This document shows positions 1-10,748 of a stretch of 64,000 nucleotides of DNA, piece after piece. The DNA is from Fonticula-like sp. SCN 57-25 (Eukaryota). Each line of letters begins with the position of its first letter. Position 1 is the stretch's first letter. The notes beneath the pieces are model-generated. The model saw nothing but the letters and a program-made list of their open reading frames with translations, ran no database searches and was not told the DNA's origin. A program made the position numbers and the translations under genes. The stretch is from positions 1-64,000 of the forward strand of contig MEDX01000015.1 of the NCBI GenBank assembly GCA_001724245.1, in the 5' to 3' direction.

Positions 1-299
1 CCTCGCGCACGCAAGGTCGGGGAAGCAGATGAACACGCACAATGCTCAAAAGACCATGAAGTGGTAGCTCTATGACTACTTAACAAAAAACATTAGCAAC
101 ACAACGCAAGACGAGACCAAATGCACGCGCACGCCAACTTCAAAGTGGACGCGATCGTGATCGCGCACGTCAGGGGGCGCGCGAAATCGAATCAAAAAAG
201 TCGGTTTCGAGTCCGTCTGGATTTTGCCATTTTGTATGCACCCTTATCCCTTGTGTGACACTGCTTCCCTCCGTTCGTCCGTTGAGGCAGTACGTAACA

Positions 300-1085
300 A
301 TGCGGGTCGTGGAAGGCGCCCTCATCGCGATGGGCATGCACTTGCTCCTGGTCACTGCCTTTGGCATGGTCGTTTTCCTGCGCGCTTCGGGTACGCGCGT
401 TTTTTCGTATTATGCGCGTTTTAGTAACGACCCGATGCAGGCCTCGCTGATCTGTACCTGGAGCCGCTCATGAGCCAGCTCGGCGTCCAGCGCGTCCTGT
501 ACCCGTACCTCGCCGTGTTCCTCTACTACGTCCTCACCGTCCTGGCCGGCGAGCTTGCCACCATCTTTGCCGCCTTCACCACCGGCTACGACAACAAGAA
601 CCCTCGCGTCTCCAAGGGCCCCGGTCTTCAGGGCTTGGGCTCGCGCCTCCAGGGTACGCCGTCGGCCTTTTCGATGCACCTCAGCTCGTTGTTGCTAAAT
701 GGCCCTTCTGTAGCCGCTCACCTTAACCTCTCCGAGAACATTGCCCCCTTTGCCGCCGCCGTCGTCATCTCGGCCCTCTGCAAGGTCCCGCTCGACTACC
801 GCGTCCAGTACGCACACGTATCCTGCTGCATCCTTCCTAACACACCGCCTCAGCTTCTCGCTCATCTTTTTGGCCTCCCGCGTGGTGTACATTGGTTTCT
901 ACGCGCTTAACCTCGACCTCCTGCGCTCGCTCGTGTACATGGTGAGCCTCGTGTGCATCTGCCTCCTCTTTGGCCTCTCCTTCTGGCCCGCCCTTGTCGA
1001 GGGCGCCATGACGGCCACCTTTCAGTCGGTCGTGGTCTATTCGCAGCCGATCAACGACGTTCTGGCCAACCTCTTTTCCGCGTAA
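300..1085 (+). CDS. MAPEG-family membrane protein (4 exons)
   Basis: Splicing GT-AG introns 391-440, 654-713 and 808-853 gives one ORF: MRVVEG...YDNKNPR...RLQAAHLNLSEN...FLASRVVYIGFY. R-x3-AH-x-N-x2-E and R-x2-Y are MAPEG motifs; hydrophobic helices present. Confidence 0.75.
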
Positions 1086-1150
1086 TTGAGCGCTGCTGTT
1101 ATTGTATTGACGTACAAATGCATTAAAAAACTCGTCGACCATCATAAATA

Positions 1151-2161
1151 TCAATAGGGGATGGGGTCGGCGAGCGGGTCGGCCGCGACGTACATTTCCG
1201 CCGCAGCGATGCTGATCTTGTCCACTTGCGCCCGCTTGGCGATAAAGCTTGCGGTCCTCGGAAAGTTGTCGAGCGCGTAGGGCATCGAAATGAGCTCCGC
1301 GTCGACCGGCGCCCAAAAGTCCTCCCAGTGGATCGGGACGATGCGCTTGGCGCCCGTCGACCGAACGAGCTCGTCCCAGTACCCAAACCTGCGCTCGGCG
1401 CCCTTGTCGCCGTCCAAGATGCCGCTGAGCCCCGCCGTGGCGAGGAACACGACGTCGGCGTGCACGTCTTTCATCATGCCCGGCAGGTAGTTTGCGCTGC
1501 CGTGCACCAGCATCGACCCGCCCGGGTGCTCGATCAGGATCGAGTAGCACTCGCCCATGCGGAACGCGCTCGCCGGCGCGGGGAACTCTATTGGCGACTC
1601 AATTTCGCCCGTAAAAAGGCCGCCCGCCGAGTGGACCGACCGGATAAGCGTCACCGCAAAGTCGCCAAACGTCAGCCGCGTCCGCTCGGCCTCGCGCGGG
1701 ATCACGTGGATTTTGGAGGGGCTGACGCCGAATCCGAGCGCAATGTTGGCCGTGGACGAGTCGCCGACGACCGTGGCACCGGTGATTTCGGACACGGCAC
1801 CGACATCGACAGCGTGGTCAATGTGCGAGTGGACCGGGATGACGGCCTTCAGGGCGCCTTCGCGCACGCCCGCACGCTCCAGCGAGCGGCGCACCAGCGC
1901 GAGATCCGAGTTGAGCGGCGTGCCCCAGATGGTCTCAAAAAAGCCCGGCCGCGTAAAGTACGCGTCCACCAACAGCTGCGTGTCGCCGTCATCAAACAGG
2001 ATCGTCGCCACGCCCAGCCATGTCACGCGAACCTTGGTTGCGTCCGTCGCAGGGGCAAGCTTGTGATCGACATACGTCGGCGACAGGGACGCCCGGCGAA
2101 GCAGGATCGAAACCGCCAAGAACAACAAAAAAGGCACCACTTTCTTAAGCAAGGAGCGCAT
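1151..2161 (-). CDS. Metallo-beta-lactamase-fold hydrolase, signal/anchor peptide, bacterial-like
   Basis: Intronless 336-aa ORF with TWLGVATILFDDGDTQLLVD, HSHIDH (HxHxDH) and PIHWEDF motifs. Confidence 0.85.
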   Translation of the reverse strand: MRSLLKKVVPFLLFLAVSILLRRASLSPTYVDHKLAPATDATKVRVTWLGVATILFDDGDTQLLVDAYFTRPGFFETIWGTPLNSDLALVRRSLERAGVREGALKAVIPVHSHIDHAVDVGAVSEITGATVVGDSSTANIALGFGVSPSKIHVIPREAERTRLTFGDFAVTLIRSVHSAGGLFTGEIESPIEFPAPASAFRMGECYSILIEHPGGSMLVHGSANYLPGMMKDVHADVVFLATAGLSGILDGDKGAERRFGYWDELVRSTGAKRIVPIHWEDFWAPVDAELISMPYALDNFPRTASFIAKRAQVDKISIAAAEMYVAADPLADPIPY

Positions 2162-2254
2162 GTTACGTCAAAGAGGCGCCTCGCGATCGCCGCCCGCCTC
2201 TATTGTTGTTTGCAACTGCCGGACGCTCGGAACAAGCAAGTAATATCACGTGAC

Positions 2255-3352
2255 ATGCAGTCCATCGCCGACACCGCCGTGGCGGCGGTGCAAGCCCTTC
2301 GGTTGCCGGACGATGCCGCGTCGCTTGCCGCGCTTGAGCAGCTGCTCGACCGGAGCACGCCGCCAGGTATTCGTGAGCGCGAGCGCCAGCTGCGCGCCGC
2401 TGCGGCCTCGCTGCGTCTCTCGGCGGGTACTTATGTCGTGCTCGGTGCGTCCGACGATGTCGCGCAGGTCGTGTCGGCGAACCCGGGGAGCGAGACGATC
2501 TCTGTCGTGCGTCTTCCGCGCCCGCTGCACGTGGCGAGTCTGCCAGACTCTATGCGCGAAACACACTGGTTTGACAATGAGGTGTTAATGGTGTCGGCAG
2601 AGGCGCCGACGGAGCGCGTCCCGCCAAGCGCCGTGCGGTGTGTCGCCCGCCTCGTCCGCATCCCCATGGTAGTCGCGCAGGACAGGGCCCCCACCGGCGA
2701 CAACCTCTACGTCACTCGCTTTGTTCTCATGCCCGGCGGCGTCAGTCTGACCCCGCTCGATGCGCTCGATGTCGCGAGCGGCATCAAGCCCGAGGTCGTC
2801 GTCGCATCCATGCCGCCGCGCCACGTCCCTTCGCCGACGCCAGCAGCGGCGATGTCAGCGCCGCCCGCCGCGGTCCCAATGACGTCACCAATGCGGCGCG
2901 CCGCCACTGCCGCGATCGCGCGCCCGCTCGCGCCGCCGCCCCGTGCGCGCCCCCCGCCATCCGCAGTCGCACCAAAGCCAAAGCCGGCCCAACTGCCCGT
3001 GGCAAAGACGACAGTGAGGGAGCGTTCCAAGCGCGTCGCTTCAGCAACACCGCCGCGGCGGCGTGCGCGCGCCATGACAGAGGAGGACGAGGAGGTCGCC
3101 GAGGCGGCCGCCCAGCAGTCGGACGACGACGAAGAAGATGAGGAAGACGACGAGGAAGACGACGACGACGAGGACGACGAGGAGGAAGAGGAGGAAGAAG
3201 TAGTAGAGGAAGAAGAGGTCAAGACCGATGGCAAGAGCGCCAAGCGGCGGGGTGCGCCGGGTGACGAGTCGGACGGCGAGGCGACCAAAGCTGCGCGGCG
3301 AGCTCAGCGGCGACGTGTGGTCAATGACGAGTCGGACCCGGATTACGAGTAG
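2255..3352 (+). CDS. Uncharacterised nuclear-type protein; possible BAH-like domain, Pro-rich linker, long acidic tract
   Basis: ATG 2255 (MQSIADT). Segment HWFDNEVLMV...ERVPPSAVRCVARLV resembles a BAH core. Poly-D/E run and basic KRR patches follow. Confidence 0.55.
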   Translation: MQSIADTAVAAVQALRLPDDAASLAALEQLLDRSTPPGIRERERQLRAAAASLRLSAGTYVVLGASDDVAQVVSANPGSETISVVRLPRPLHVASLPDSMRETHWFDNEVLMVSAEAPTERVPPSAVRCVARLVRIPMVVAQDRAPTGDNLYVTRFVLMPGGVSLTPLDALDVASGIKPEVVVASMPPRHVPSPTPAAAMSAPPAAVPMTSPMRRAATAAIARPLAPPPRARPPPSAVAPKPKPAQLPVAKTTVRERSKRVASATPPRRRARAMTEEDEEVAEAAAQQSDDDEEDEEDDEEDDDDEDDEEEEEEEVVEEEEVKTDGKSAKRRGAPGDESDGEATKAARRAQRRRVVNDESDPDYE

Positions 3353-3476
3353 ACTCTTGTACATTTTGTATTTTACCCTTTGTTGCGTGCATCGCAGTGT
3401 ACAACAATTATATTGACATGTTGATATAATACAATGGTCAATTCACACGATTTCTAACCAAAACTCGTCCGACACG

Positions 3477-5009
3477 CTACTTTTTCGGCTGCCGCGGCTC
3501 CCTCTCGAGCGACATTTCGAATGTGTCGTTCTCGTGAACGGTGCTTGCGTACGCAAACACCTGCAGGATGAGCTGCTGCAGCCCGTGCAGCGGCGTGATA
3601 TCCGCATATCGGTCGTTCTGGTACTGCTTGATTTCGCCGACTGCGCGTGCAAACATTCTCCTCTTGTCAAAGTTGACCATGCGCTCCGCCTCGACCGGCC
3701 TGTCGACGGGGAACGCGCCCGGCGTCGTGGCTGCCTCTGCCTTTGGGGTCTCAGCGGCGGGCGTGGCGGGCGCGGCGGCCGTCAGAGACGACGACGACGC
3801 ACCGCGCTTCTTGTACCAGTCCTCGTTTCCGTCGCAGATAAAGGTGAGGTCGGTGAGGTAGAGCCCAATGTACGGGACGCACGGCGGCGCGCACTCGCGG
3901 AGCGCAGCGCGGTACCGCTTAAAGCTCGACTCGTGCGACATGAGCCCGCGGAGGTCCTCGTACACGCGCATCTTTTCCTTTGACACGCCCTCCCACGAGC
4001 GGTGCAGGCGGTGGATCGCGGCGCCCTCAAAGGCGCTCACGACGCACATGACGCCGTCAAAGTTGTTGAGGTCGGTAAAGCGACGCATCGCCTTGATGTA
4101 GTACTTTAGCGCCTTGGCGCGCTCCTCGGGCCGCCGGAAGCCCAGCACGCTTAGCACCATCCAGCCGGAGAGCGAGTTGAAGCTCTCAATGAGGCGGTCG
4201 AGGTTCGGGTGGCTCACCGTCCGCGACGCCTTTTTCCACACTTTGCTCAGGAATTCGTACTGCGGGATGCTCCGGAACAGGTCCGAGCGGAGCAGCGTCA
4301 CCTGCTCGGCGACGCACTCGGGCGCAAAATCAAGCAGGCGCTCGTTAAGAGACTCGAGCGTCACCGTCGGAGGGACAACATCAAGCGCCATCGACAGGAC
4401 GGGGATCGAGCGCTGGCGCCACTCCACCTGCTGCCGAGAGATCTGATCGCGGAGCATCGCGCCAAGCGAATCATTCCCGTCGGTGCCAATGATCTTTTCG
4501 TCAACAAACCGGTTGAGCAGCGCGAGAACAGACGGCTCATCAAAGTCCATCCAGTAATTCTTGATCCACGTGCGAAGCACGTTCACAACACGCGACTGGA
4601 TGGTGTGGCACCGCTCGGCGTCCTCGGCAGTCGTCCCGCGGCGCACATGGTACCGGCGGATCAGCGCAGAGAGCAGTTCGGTCGGGCTCGCCATCGAGCG
4701 GTACGTCAGCAGAAAGGTGTCCACCAGCTCCGAGTCGGGGTACGCGTGGAACGTCAACCGCTCAACGAGCTTGGTGAACGTGGCCGCGCGAATGGCCGGG
4801 ACGTCCAGGCTGGCCCCCGACGACCACGCTGCCATGCGGCCCTCCTTGGCAACGAGCACAATCGTCTCTTCGCTGTCCGGCACCTCAAACACATACGGCT
4901 CAAGCAGGTACTCGGGGAACGGCTCGAGAAAGCGGCCGAGGACAGGGGGGAGGTAGTAGATAAGCGAGCGGCGTACCGACAACGGCACGTACGGCAGCAG
5001 CGTCGCCAT
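3477..5009 (-). CDS. RasGEF, REM + CDC25 domains (SOS-like catalytic module only)
   Basis: Motifs YVFEVPDSEETIV, KLVERLTFH, FLLTYRS, RVVNVLRTWI, LNNFDG, PCVPYIGLYLTDLTFICDGN and VNFDKRR. Confidence 0.92.
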   Translation of the reverse strand: MATLLPYVPLSVRRSLIYYLPPVLGRFLEPFPEYLLEPYVFEVPDSEETIVLVAKEGRMAAWSSGASLDVPAIRAATFTKLVERLTFHAYPDSELVDTFLLTYRSMASPTELLSALIRRYHVRRGTTAEDAERCHTIQSRVVNVLRTWIKNYWMDFDEPSVLALLNRFVDEKIIGTDGNDSLGAMLRDQISRQQVEWRQRSIPVLSMALDVVPPTVTLESLNERLLDFAPECVAEQVTLLRSDLFRSIPQYEFLSKVWKKASRTVSHPNLDRLIESFNSLSGWMVLSVLGFRRPEERAKALKYYIKAMRRFTDLNNFDGVMCVVSAFEGAAIHRLHRSWEGVSKEKMRVYEDLRGLMSHESSFKRYRAALRECAPPCVPYIGLYLTDLTFICDGNEDWYKKRGASSSSLTAAAPATPAAETPKAEAATTPGAFPVDRPVEAERMVNFDKRRMFARAVGEIKQYQNDRYADITPLHGLQQLILQVFAYASTVHENDTFEMSLEREPRQPKK

Positions 5010-5140
5010 GCTTTGCCGCGTCGTCGCTGGGCGCAAACAACAAGAATGCGCGGCAAACCGCAAACCAACGCTGAAATCAGACAAATCAGACAGAATCAGA
5101 CACGATTTTCGTACACCGAACCTGATTCTTACACGCGCGA

Positions 5141-5506
5141 ATGGGCAAGCGGAGCGCCAAGGGAGCGGCGCCTGCGCCTGCTGAGGGACAGCGCGCCGCG
5201 GAGGAGGAGGTGGTGACGCCGCCGCCGTCCGCGGGCTTTGTCATGGACATTTTCAATTCCATCTTTACGCCCGGCATCAACAACAGCGTGGTGCTCCTGT
5301 TCAACCTTGCGTGCGGATCCCTGCTGGTCGCACTGATCGCGCTGGGATTCATGTGGGAGTTTAACGTGCACATCCTCCTGCTCATCTTTTCCCACACTGG
5401 GCTCATGATCGCCATGCAATGGTTCATCCGCCAGATGCCGGCGGATTGGCGCCATGGCGTTGTCAAGCCCGACGGAAGCGCGAGCGAGACCAAGAAAACC
5501 GACTAG
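5141..5506 (+). CDS. PKR1: V-ATPase assembly factor Pkr1-like
   Basis: IFNSIFTPG, two TM helices with a central His, and a terminal QWF, as in fungal Pkr1. Confidence 0.75.
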   Translation: MGKRSAKGAAPAPAEGQRAAEEEVVTPPPSAGFVMDIFNSIFTPGINNSVVLLFNLACGSLLVALIALGFMWEFNVHILLLIFSHTGLMIAMQWFIRQMPADWRHGVVKPDGSASETKKTD

Positions 5507-5602
5507 ACGAACCTTTGGTTCACCCTCTTTCTATTTCTCAGTACAATGTATATATAATATGTGCACATAAATAAAAACATATTAATGGCTGCGGCATGAT
5601 GA

Positions 5603-6167
5603 TCAGAGGTCCTTGATTGCCGCCATCGAGAGGTGGACGCGGTCATCGCTCGACTTGAAAATGGTATTGAGCGCAGCGCGATCACACAACTGCTCCAGCT
5701 CAGCGAGCGGCGCGGCCGACCCATTGACACTCAAAGCGGAAAGAGTGCTCGCAAAGTCGTCGGCCGAGCCGCCAACCCGTACGACAAGCACGCTGGTCGT
5801 CTTGGCGGTCACACCAAAAGTCGAAAAGGCATCGCTAATCTGCAAGCCGACAATCGATCGGCAATGGGGCAAGAGGCGTGAGCAACGCGATGTACATTTA
5901 TAAACTGTGTCGTACACTTGTCTTTGGCGACAGGTTGTAGACAATATCGCCGTGCAGGGCCCGCGTGCGCAGCTTGCCAGCGCCCCGCGCGGTCACTGCC
6001 TTGCCGACGGCCATCCATAACCGAAACGGATCCCCGACGAGCCGCGCGTCCAGAACGGCGGCCTCGACCTGGCCCCCCTTCACGGCCATCGCCACGGCCT
6101 CGGCGTTCGTAACGCCCACAAAGAGCGCCGAGTGCAGCTCCTCCCCGGGCCAAAGCGCGCTCTGCAT
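5603..6167 (-). CDS. TPRKB: KEOPS subunit Cgi121/TPRKB (2 exons, intron 5840-5915)
   Basis: LFVGVTNA...KLRTRALHGDIVYNLSPKTS|ISDAFSTFGV...MAAIKDL. Confidence 0.9.
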
Positions 6168-6316
6168 CGCGTCGAGGTAACTGTCACGTGACGTGGTATT
6201 AGGGAATAGGCAGTCGACCTGTGTCCACTTGACAGATAAATGTGAACGACATATTCTCTGTATTAACAACATTATTGTACATTATACAGTAAGGGTGCGC
6301 GTATCAGCGAGTGGTT

Positions 6317-8696
6317 TTACAAGATGGTATCGGTGGCCGTGGCGGCCGCGAGCCGCTGGACGTGCGCGCGAATGGCGGCGCGCGCCTGCTCCGACCCCGC
6401 TTCGTAGTGCTGCCGGATGGCCTCGAATGCGTCGCCCCACGGCTCTGGAGCAGTGTCGGTCTCGAGTAAGCGCCGCCTCTTCCTCGTGTGCTGCTGTCCT
6501 TCGGTCTCTGTCACCGACCCCGTCGGCGCGGCCGCCCAGAAGAGCGGTGCCTCGCGGCGCCCTGGCGTGTCCGGCGGCCGGCTCTCGAGATACGAAACAA
6601 AGTGCATGCGCGCGTCGCCGGCGAGCACACGCTCGAGCGCCGCAGCGGGTACCTGCTCTGAGCGCGCAAATGCCTCGAACGCCGCGAGAGCGCTGTGCCG
6701 GCAGAGCCAGTGCTGCGAAGCCATTAGGGGCGACAGCGCCCCGCCTACAAGCCTGACCGCTTTGGGTGCGTCTTGCGGCGCCTCGGCAAACGACGCCGAG
6801 CCCGCGGCGGCTACAACGTCGAGGACGGCGTCCCATGCAACGGCGGCGCCGCCCCTGAAGACGGCCTCGTGCGCTGCCGACAGTAGCATCAGCATCAGCG
6901 ACGGCGGCGGGCGCTGCACCGATGCACCCAGCCGTAGGAACGACTCGACGACCGACGACATGGCGCGCTCGTCGCCGCCCGACGCCGAAAGAGACTCTAT
7001 GGCGCGTACGCACGCGTCCAGCAGCACCCGACTGTCGCTCGGGGACGGCCCGGCGCGCCGCGAAACGGCCTCCAGCATCAGCATCGCGTCAGCATCTGGG
7101 GGGGACTGCTGCAGCCCAGTGACGACGGCGGTGCGCAGCGGGGCAAGCTCGGATGAGCGCGCGCCCTGCACCAGCGGGGCGGCCAACGCGGCGTCGGCCG
7201 AGGTAAAGAAAGGAGACGCGGGCCAGTCGGACTGCTCCCACAGGCGGCGAAGCGCCACGGTCGCCGCAAGCGGGGTCGGCGGGTCCGCCTCCATCAGCGC
7301 GGCGGCAAGGCGCGCCGCCCACGCCCCGCGGTCCGGGCACGACGCATTCAGCACGTGAAGCCAAACGCGGCACGCCTCGGCAGCGACCGCCGACGAGGGC
7401 GATGTCAGCATCACGGCCAGAACGCTCTCGAGCAGCGCGCCAACGCGGTCGCCGGTCGCAAGGAGGTGCGCGTACACGCACGTGTGCAGCCCGACCTGCG
7501 TGAAAAGAAAACTCGTCGGCGCTGTGACGTGTCAGAAAAGCGCATTAAAAATGAAAAAACGTACCTACGCGCCCTAGTAGGGCAAAGGCCGCGTCGACAA
7601 GAGGGTCGGTCGGCGCGTCGGAGCGGCCAAGCAGCGCAGTCAGCGCGGCCTCGGGAACAGAATCGATGACCTGAATGAGCGAGAGAAGCCACATGAGCCG
7701 CGCGCTGGCAGTGGCGTCATCGCCGTTATTTACATATTCGTTTACCCACTCGGACCAGGCGCGCGGCTCTGCGTCGGTGGCTGCCCGCCGGTGAATGTGC
7801 GCAAAGAGCGAGTCCGCCGCGGCGGTCACGGGCGCAAAAGCGGCGGCTTCGGCGCCTTCCTCGAGCGACAAGAGACATGAAGAAAGCGATAATAACGAGT
7901 CCATGATTGGGCGGCTTTCCTGGCGACGGGCGACGACGGCGACGGCAATCACCGACGGCTGCTTGGCGAGCGTCGACAAGTGGCCGAGAAAGAACCTCGT
8001 TAGCGTAATGCGACGCCGCTGCGCCTTGCCCGCGTCGCCAGACGACGTGCGCCCAGACTGCAGCGCCGACAACGCAGCGACCGCTAGCGACTCGAGCGCC
8101 TGGTGCCAAAAGCCCGCCGTGGCGGGGCCGTCGGGCGGCAGCCGCGAAACGAGCCGCACGGCCGCCTTCCACGATGCGTTCAGCAGCTCGAGGTCGCTCG
8201 TCGACCTTGCGCACACGGCCAAAACAGCGCTACATGACAATGGAAGCGTCGCCATGCCAGCAAGGTGGCCGGCCAGCGCGGTCGTCAGGCGATCAAGATG
8301 GCCGCACAGGGCGGCCGACAAAGAAGCGTCGCTTACCTCGCACACGTATGCAACAAACGCGTCGACAACGTCCATCGCGCTGGCCTCCATTACCGCCGGG
8401 AGCGACTTGTGAAGAGCAACAGCGCCATAGGCGTTAATAAGCGGCGGGCTCGACTTGGCCGCCTTTTGCACGTCTAGTACGATGTCGCGCGGGAGATGCC
8501 TCGATTCGTTGATGGCCGCCGTCAGCCATGCGAGAGCCTCAACCGGCGACTCTCCCGCCTTGCACCGCTCAATACACCAGCCAAGCAATGTCCGTATTGT
8601 TTCTGGGCTGTCTGGCGCATGGGATAGCCGCGAGAGCTCCGAAGAGGCGCCGCCCGCTGCCACCGCCACCGCAGCGCACTCGGCCGCGGTGCTCAT
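6317..8696 (-). CDS. FIRRM: FIRRM/C1orf112/FLIP-like (FIGNL1-interacting) helical protein (intron about 7496-7568)
   Basis: Motifs LLNASWKAAVRL, EACRVWLHVL and HWLCRHSALAAFEAFAR occur in the order remembered for C1orf112/plant FLIP. Confidence 0.55.
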
Positions 8697-8783
8697 CGTT
8701 TTCCCGCCAAAATCACACAAGACTGCCGCATGCCTGTAGACTTGTAGGCCATTCGTAGCTGCCAAGCAGACATCCTCAGTGTC

Positions 8784-10748
8784 ATGGAGGGCTCGCGACC
8801 ACCTCCCCTTGCTGAGCGGGAGGCGCGCGGGGGCATATTCTATGCCCTGATGCGCCGTGAGCTTAACGGGTTTGGCAGTCGCGGCTACCACAGCCCGTGC
8901 AGCAGCATTTCGATGACGGGCGAGATCCGCAAGCGCATGCACGAGGCGATTGTGCCAAACCAGGTGTTGGAAGACATTGCCGTGCCCAACTGCACCATCC
9001 GCACGTTTTCACCAGACGGCACGTTGCTGTTGTGCATCTCTCGCTCGCTCTCGGCGCTGTGCGTCTTTGACGTTGTCTCCACGACGCACGACGACGATGC
9101 GCCCGCGCCATTGTCCGGCGAGTTCCCCGTCTGGTCATCCTTTTTTTCTCCTCGCTACGAGGCGGTCCTGACGTCGTCCTCGGAGCACCTTTTGTCGAGC
9201 TTTTGCCTTTTTGTCCCCGGGACGCCGTTTGTTCTGCTTGCGTCGACTGCGCGTATCGAGACGCAGGAGCTTGCCGCGCAGTACACCATCATCGTCATCG
9301 AGCTTGCGACGGGCCGCGTGATGAGCCGACGCTCCTTTGACGACGATCTCTTGTCGCCCAATCATTCGAGCGTATTCCTCCTTGGGACGCTCCTGTCCAT
9401 CCAGTCCTTCCGGCACCAGAGCGTCCGCGTGCTGCAAGTGACACCCGCCGGCGGCCTCGTCGACGTTCGCAGCGTCGGCCGGACGCTCTACGACGATGAT
9501 GACCTGTTCATGATGCAGACGGCCGGGGCTGCCGTGCCACCACGCACTGACGCCGCTCACCCCGGCGCGCCGCAGCAGCAGCAGCCACAGCAGGCGTCGC
9601 AGCCAGGGTCGCCAATGAATGCGGTGGCGGCGTCCCCGCGCGCCCAATCGCCCATGGTCCTGCCCGGCGCTCCCTTCTTTGCCGGGCAGCAGCACTCGCA
9701 GGCGGGCCACGTGTTGCCGCCGCCCGAGCAATCCCCGACGCCGGCCGCGCAGTCCGCGTCGCACGCCGACGCTTCAGACGCCCTCGCCACATGGCCTGAG
9801 CCGTCGCGGTCGCCGTCGCCACCGCCGATGCCGTCGCCCTTCCTGCAGCGCATCCACACATTTCTGCACCGCCGCGCGGCACGGGACGGGTCACTTGACC
9901 ACTTTTTCCAGCTGTTTTCGCTGCTCGAGACGCTCATGATGGTCAAGGCACAGCTGCTGGACAGCCAGCACCTCCTGATCAAGCTTCGGTCGGTCAAGGG
10001 CGCGCAGATGCACGGCCACAAGCGGTACGTTGCGCCGCCGCCGCCGACAACGTCCTTTGGGCCACAGCCCTTTGCCGTCTTTGTCGTGTACAACTTTATC
10101 ACGACCGAAATTGTCAATGTGTACGACCAGGGGTCGCACGAGCTGTGCGCGCTGCTGTGCGACTATGGCGAGTACTTTCGCGGCGGCGTCTGGAATGGCC
10201 CCGCGTCCGTCTTTGGCCCCGGGTCGGGCAGCACGAGCGGCGGCGTCAGCGGCGGCGCCGGGGGCGCGCCCGGCCAGTCGCCCATGAAGGTCAACTACGT
10301 GTGGCGGGCGCTGAGCACGCTGCCTTATTCGGCGCAGACCATCAGCGTGTCGCCCTACGTGGACAGGGCGCTCTTTTCGTACGACGAGCGGTTCATGTCG
10401 CCGTCCGACAGGCCAAAGCAGTGCCCGGACCCGGCGCTCCGCTTCTACAGCAGGCGAACGGGCCGCGTGCGCTTTCGCATGATTGCTGGGCCGCCGCAGG
10501 CACCAGTCAGGATGAGGCACACGATGAAGTACGTGTTCCATCCATTTGCGCCGCTCGTCATCTCGACCATGGCCATGGGAGGGTGGCAGTCGGCCGCCAT
10601 CAAGATTCACTATAGAAGCACAAGGCCAAACCCGGCAATGGGGCCAAACGCCGCGTTCCTCTTCAACGCCGGTGCGCCGGCAAGCGCTGCCATGGCAAAC
10701 GCCGCTGCAGTGTCGTCGCCGCTGCCGCTCTCGCAGGTCGACAGCTAG
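8784..10748 (+). CDS. DET1: De-etiolated 1 homolog (CRL4 adaptor)
   Basis: PNCTIRTFSPDG, LLSIQSFRHQ, QLLDSQHLLIK, LPYSAQTISVSPYVDRALFSYDE and FHPFAPLVIS. Confidence 0.9.
   Translation: MEGSRPPPLAEREARGGIFYALMRRELNGFGSRGYHSPCSSISMTGEIRKRMHEAIVPNQVLEDIAVPNCTIRTFSPDGTLLLCISRSLSALCVFDVVSTTHDDDAPAPLSGEFPVWSSFFSPRYEAVLTSSSEHLLSSFCLFVPGTPFVLLASTARIETQELAAQYTIIVIELATGRVMSRRSFDDDLLSPNHSSVFLLGTLLSIQSFRHQSVRVLQVTPAGGLVDVRSVGRTLYDDDDLFMMQTAGAAVPPRTDAAHPGAPQQQQPQQASQPGSPMNAVAASPRAQSPMVLPGAPFFAGQQHSQAGHVLPPPEQSPTPAAQSASHADASDALATWPEPSRSPSPPPMPSPFLQRIHTFLHRRAARDGSLDHFFQLFSLLETLMMVKAQLLDSQHLLIKLRSVKGAQMHGHKRYVAPPPPTTSFGPQPFAVFVVYNFITTEIVNVYDQGSHELCALLCDYGEYFRGGVWNGPASVFGPGSGSTSGGVSGGAGGAPGQSPMKVNYVWRALSTLPYSAQTISVSPYVDRALFSYDERFMSPSDRPKQCPDPALRFYSRRTGRVRFRMIAGPPQAPVRMRHTMKYVFHPFAPLVISTMAMGGWQSAAIKIHYRSTRPNPAMGPNAAFLFNAGAPASAAMANAAAVSSPLPLSQVDS

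Noticed and set aside
1-200. Possible minus-strand exon/intron at the window edge
   Set aside because: An intron-like segment is visible but there is too little sequence to assign a gene.
1226-2254. N-terminal half of the 708-aa ORF
   Set aside because: Overlaps the MBL hydrolase on the opposite strand; the plausible start is ATG 2255.
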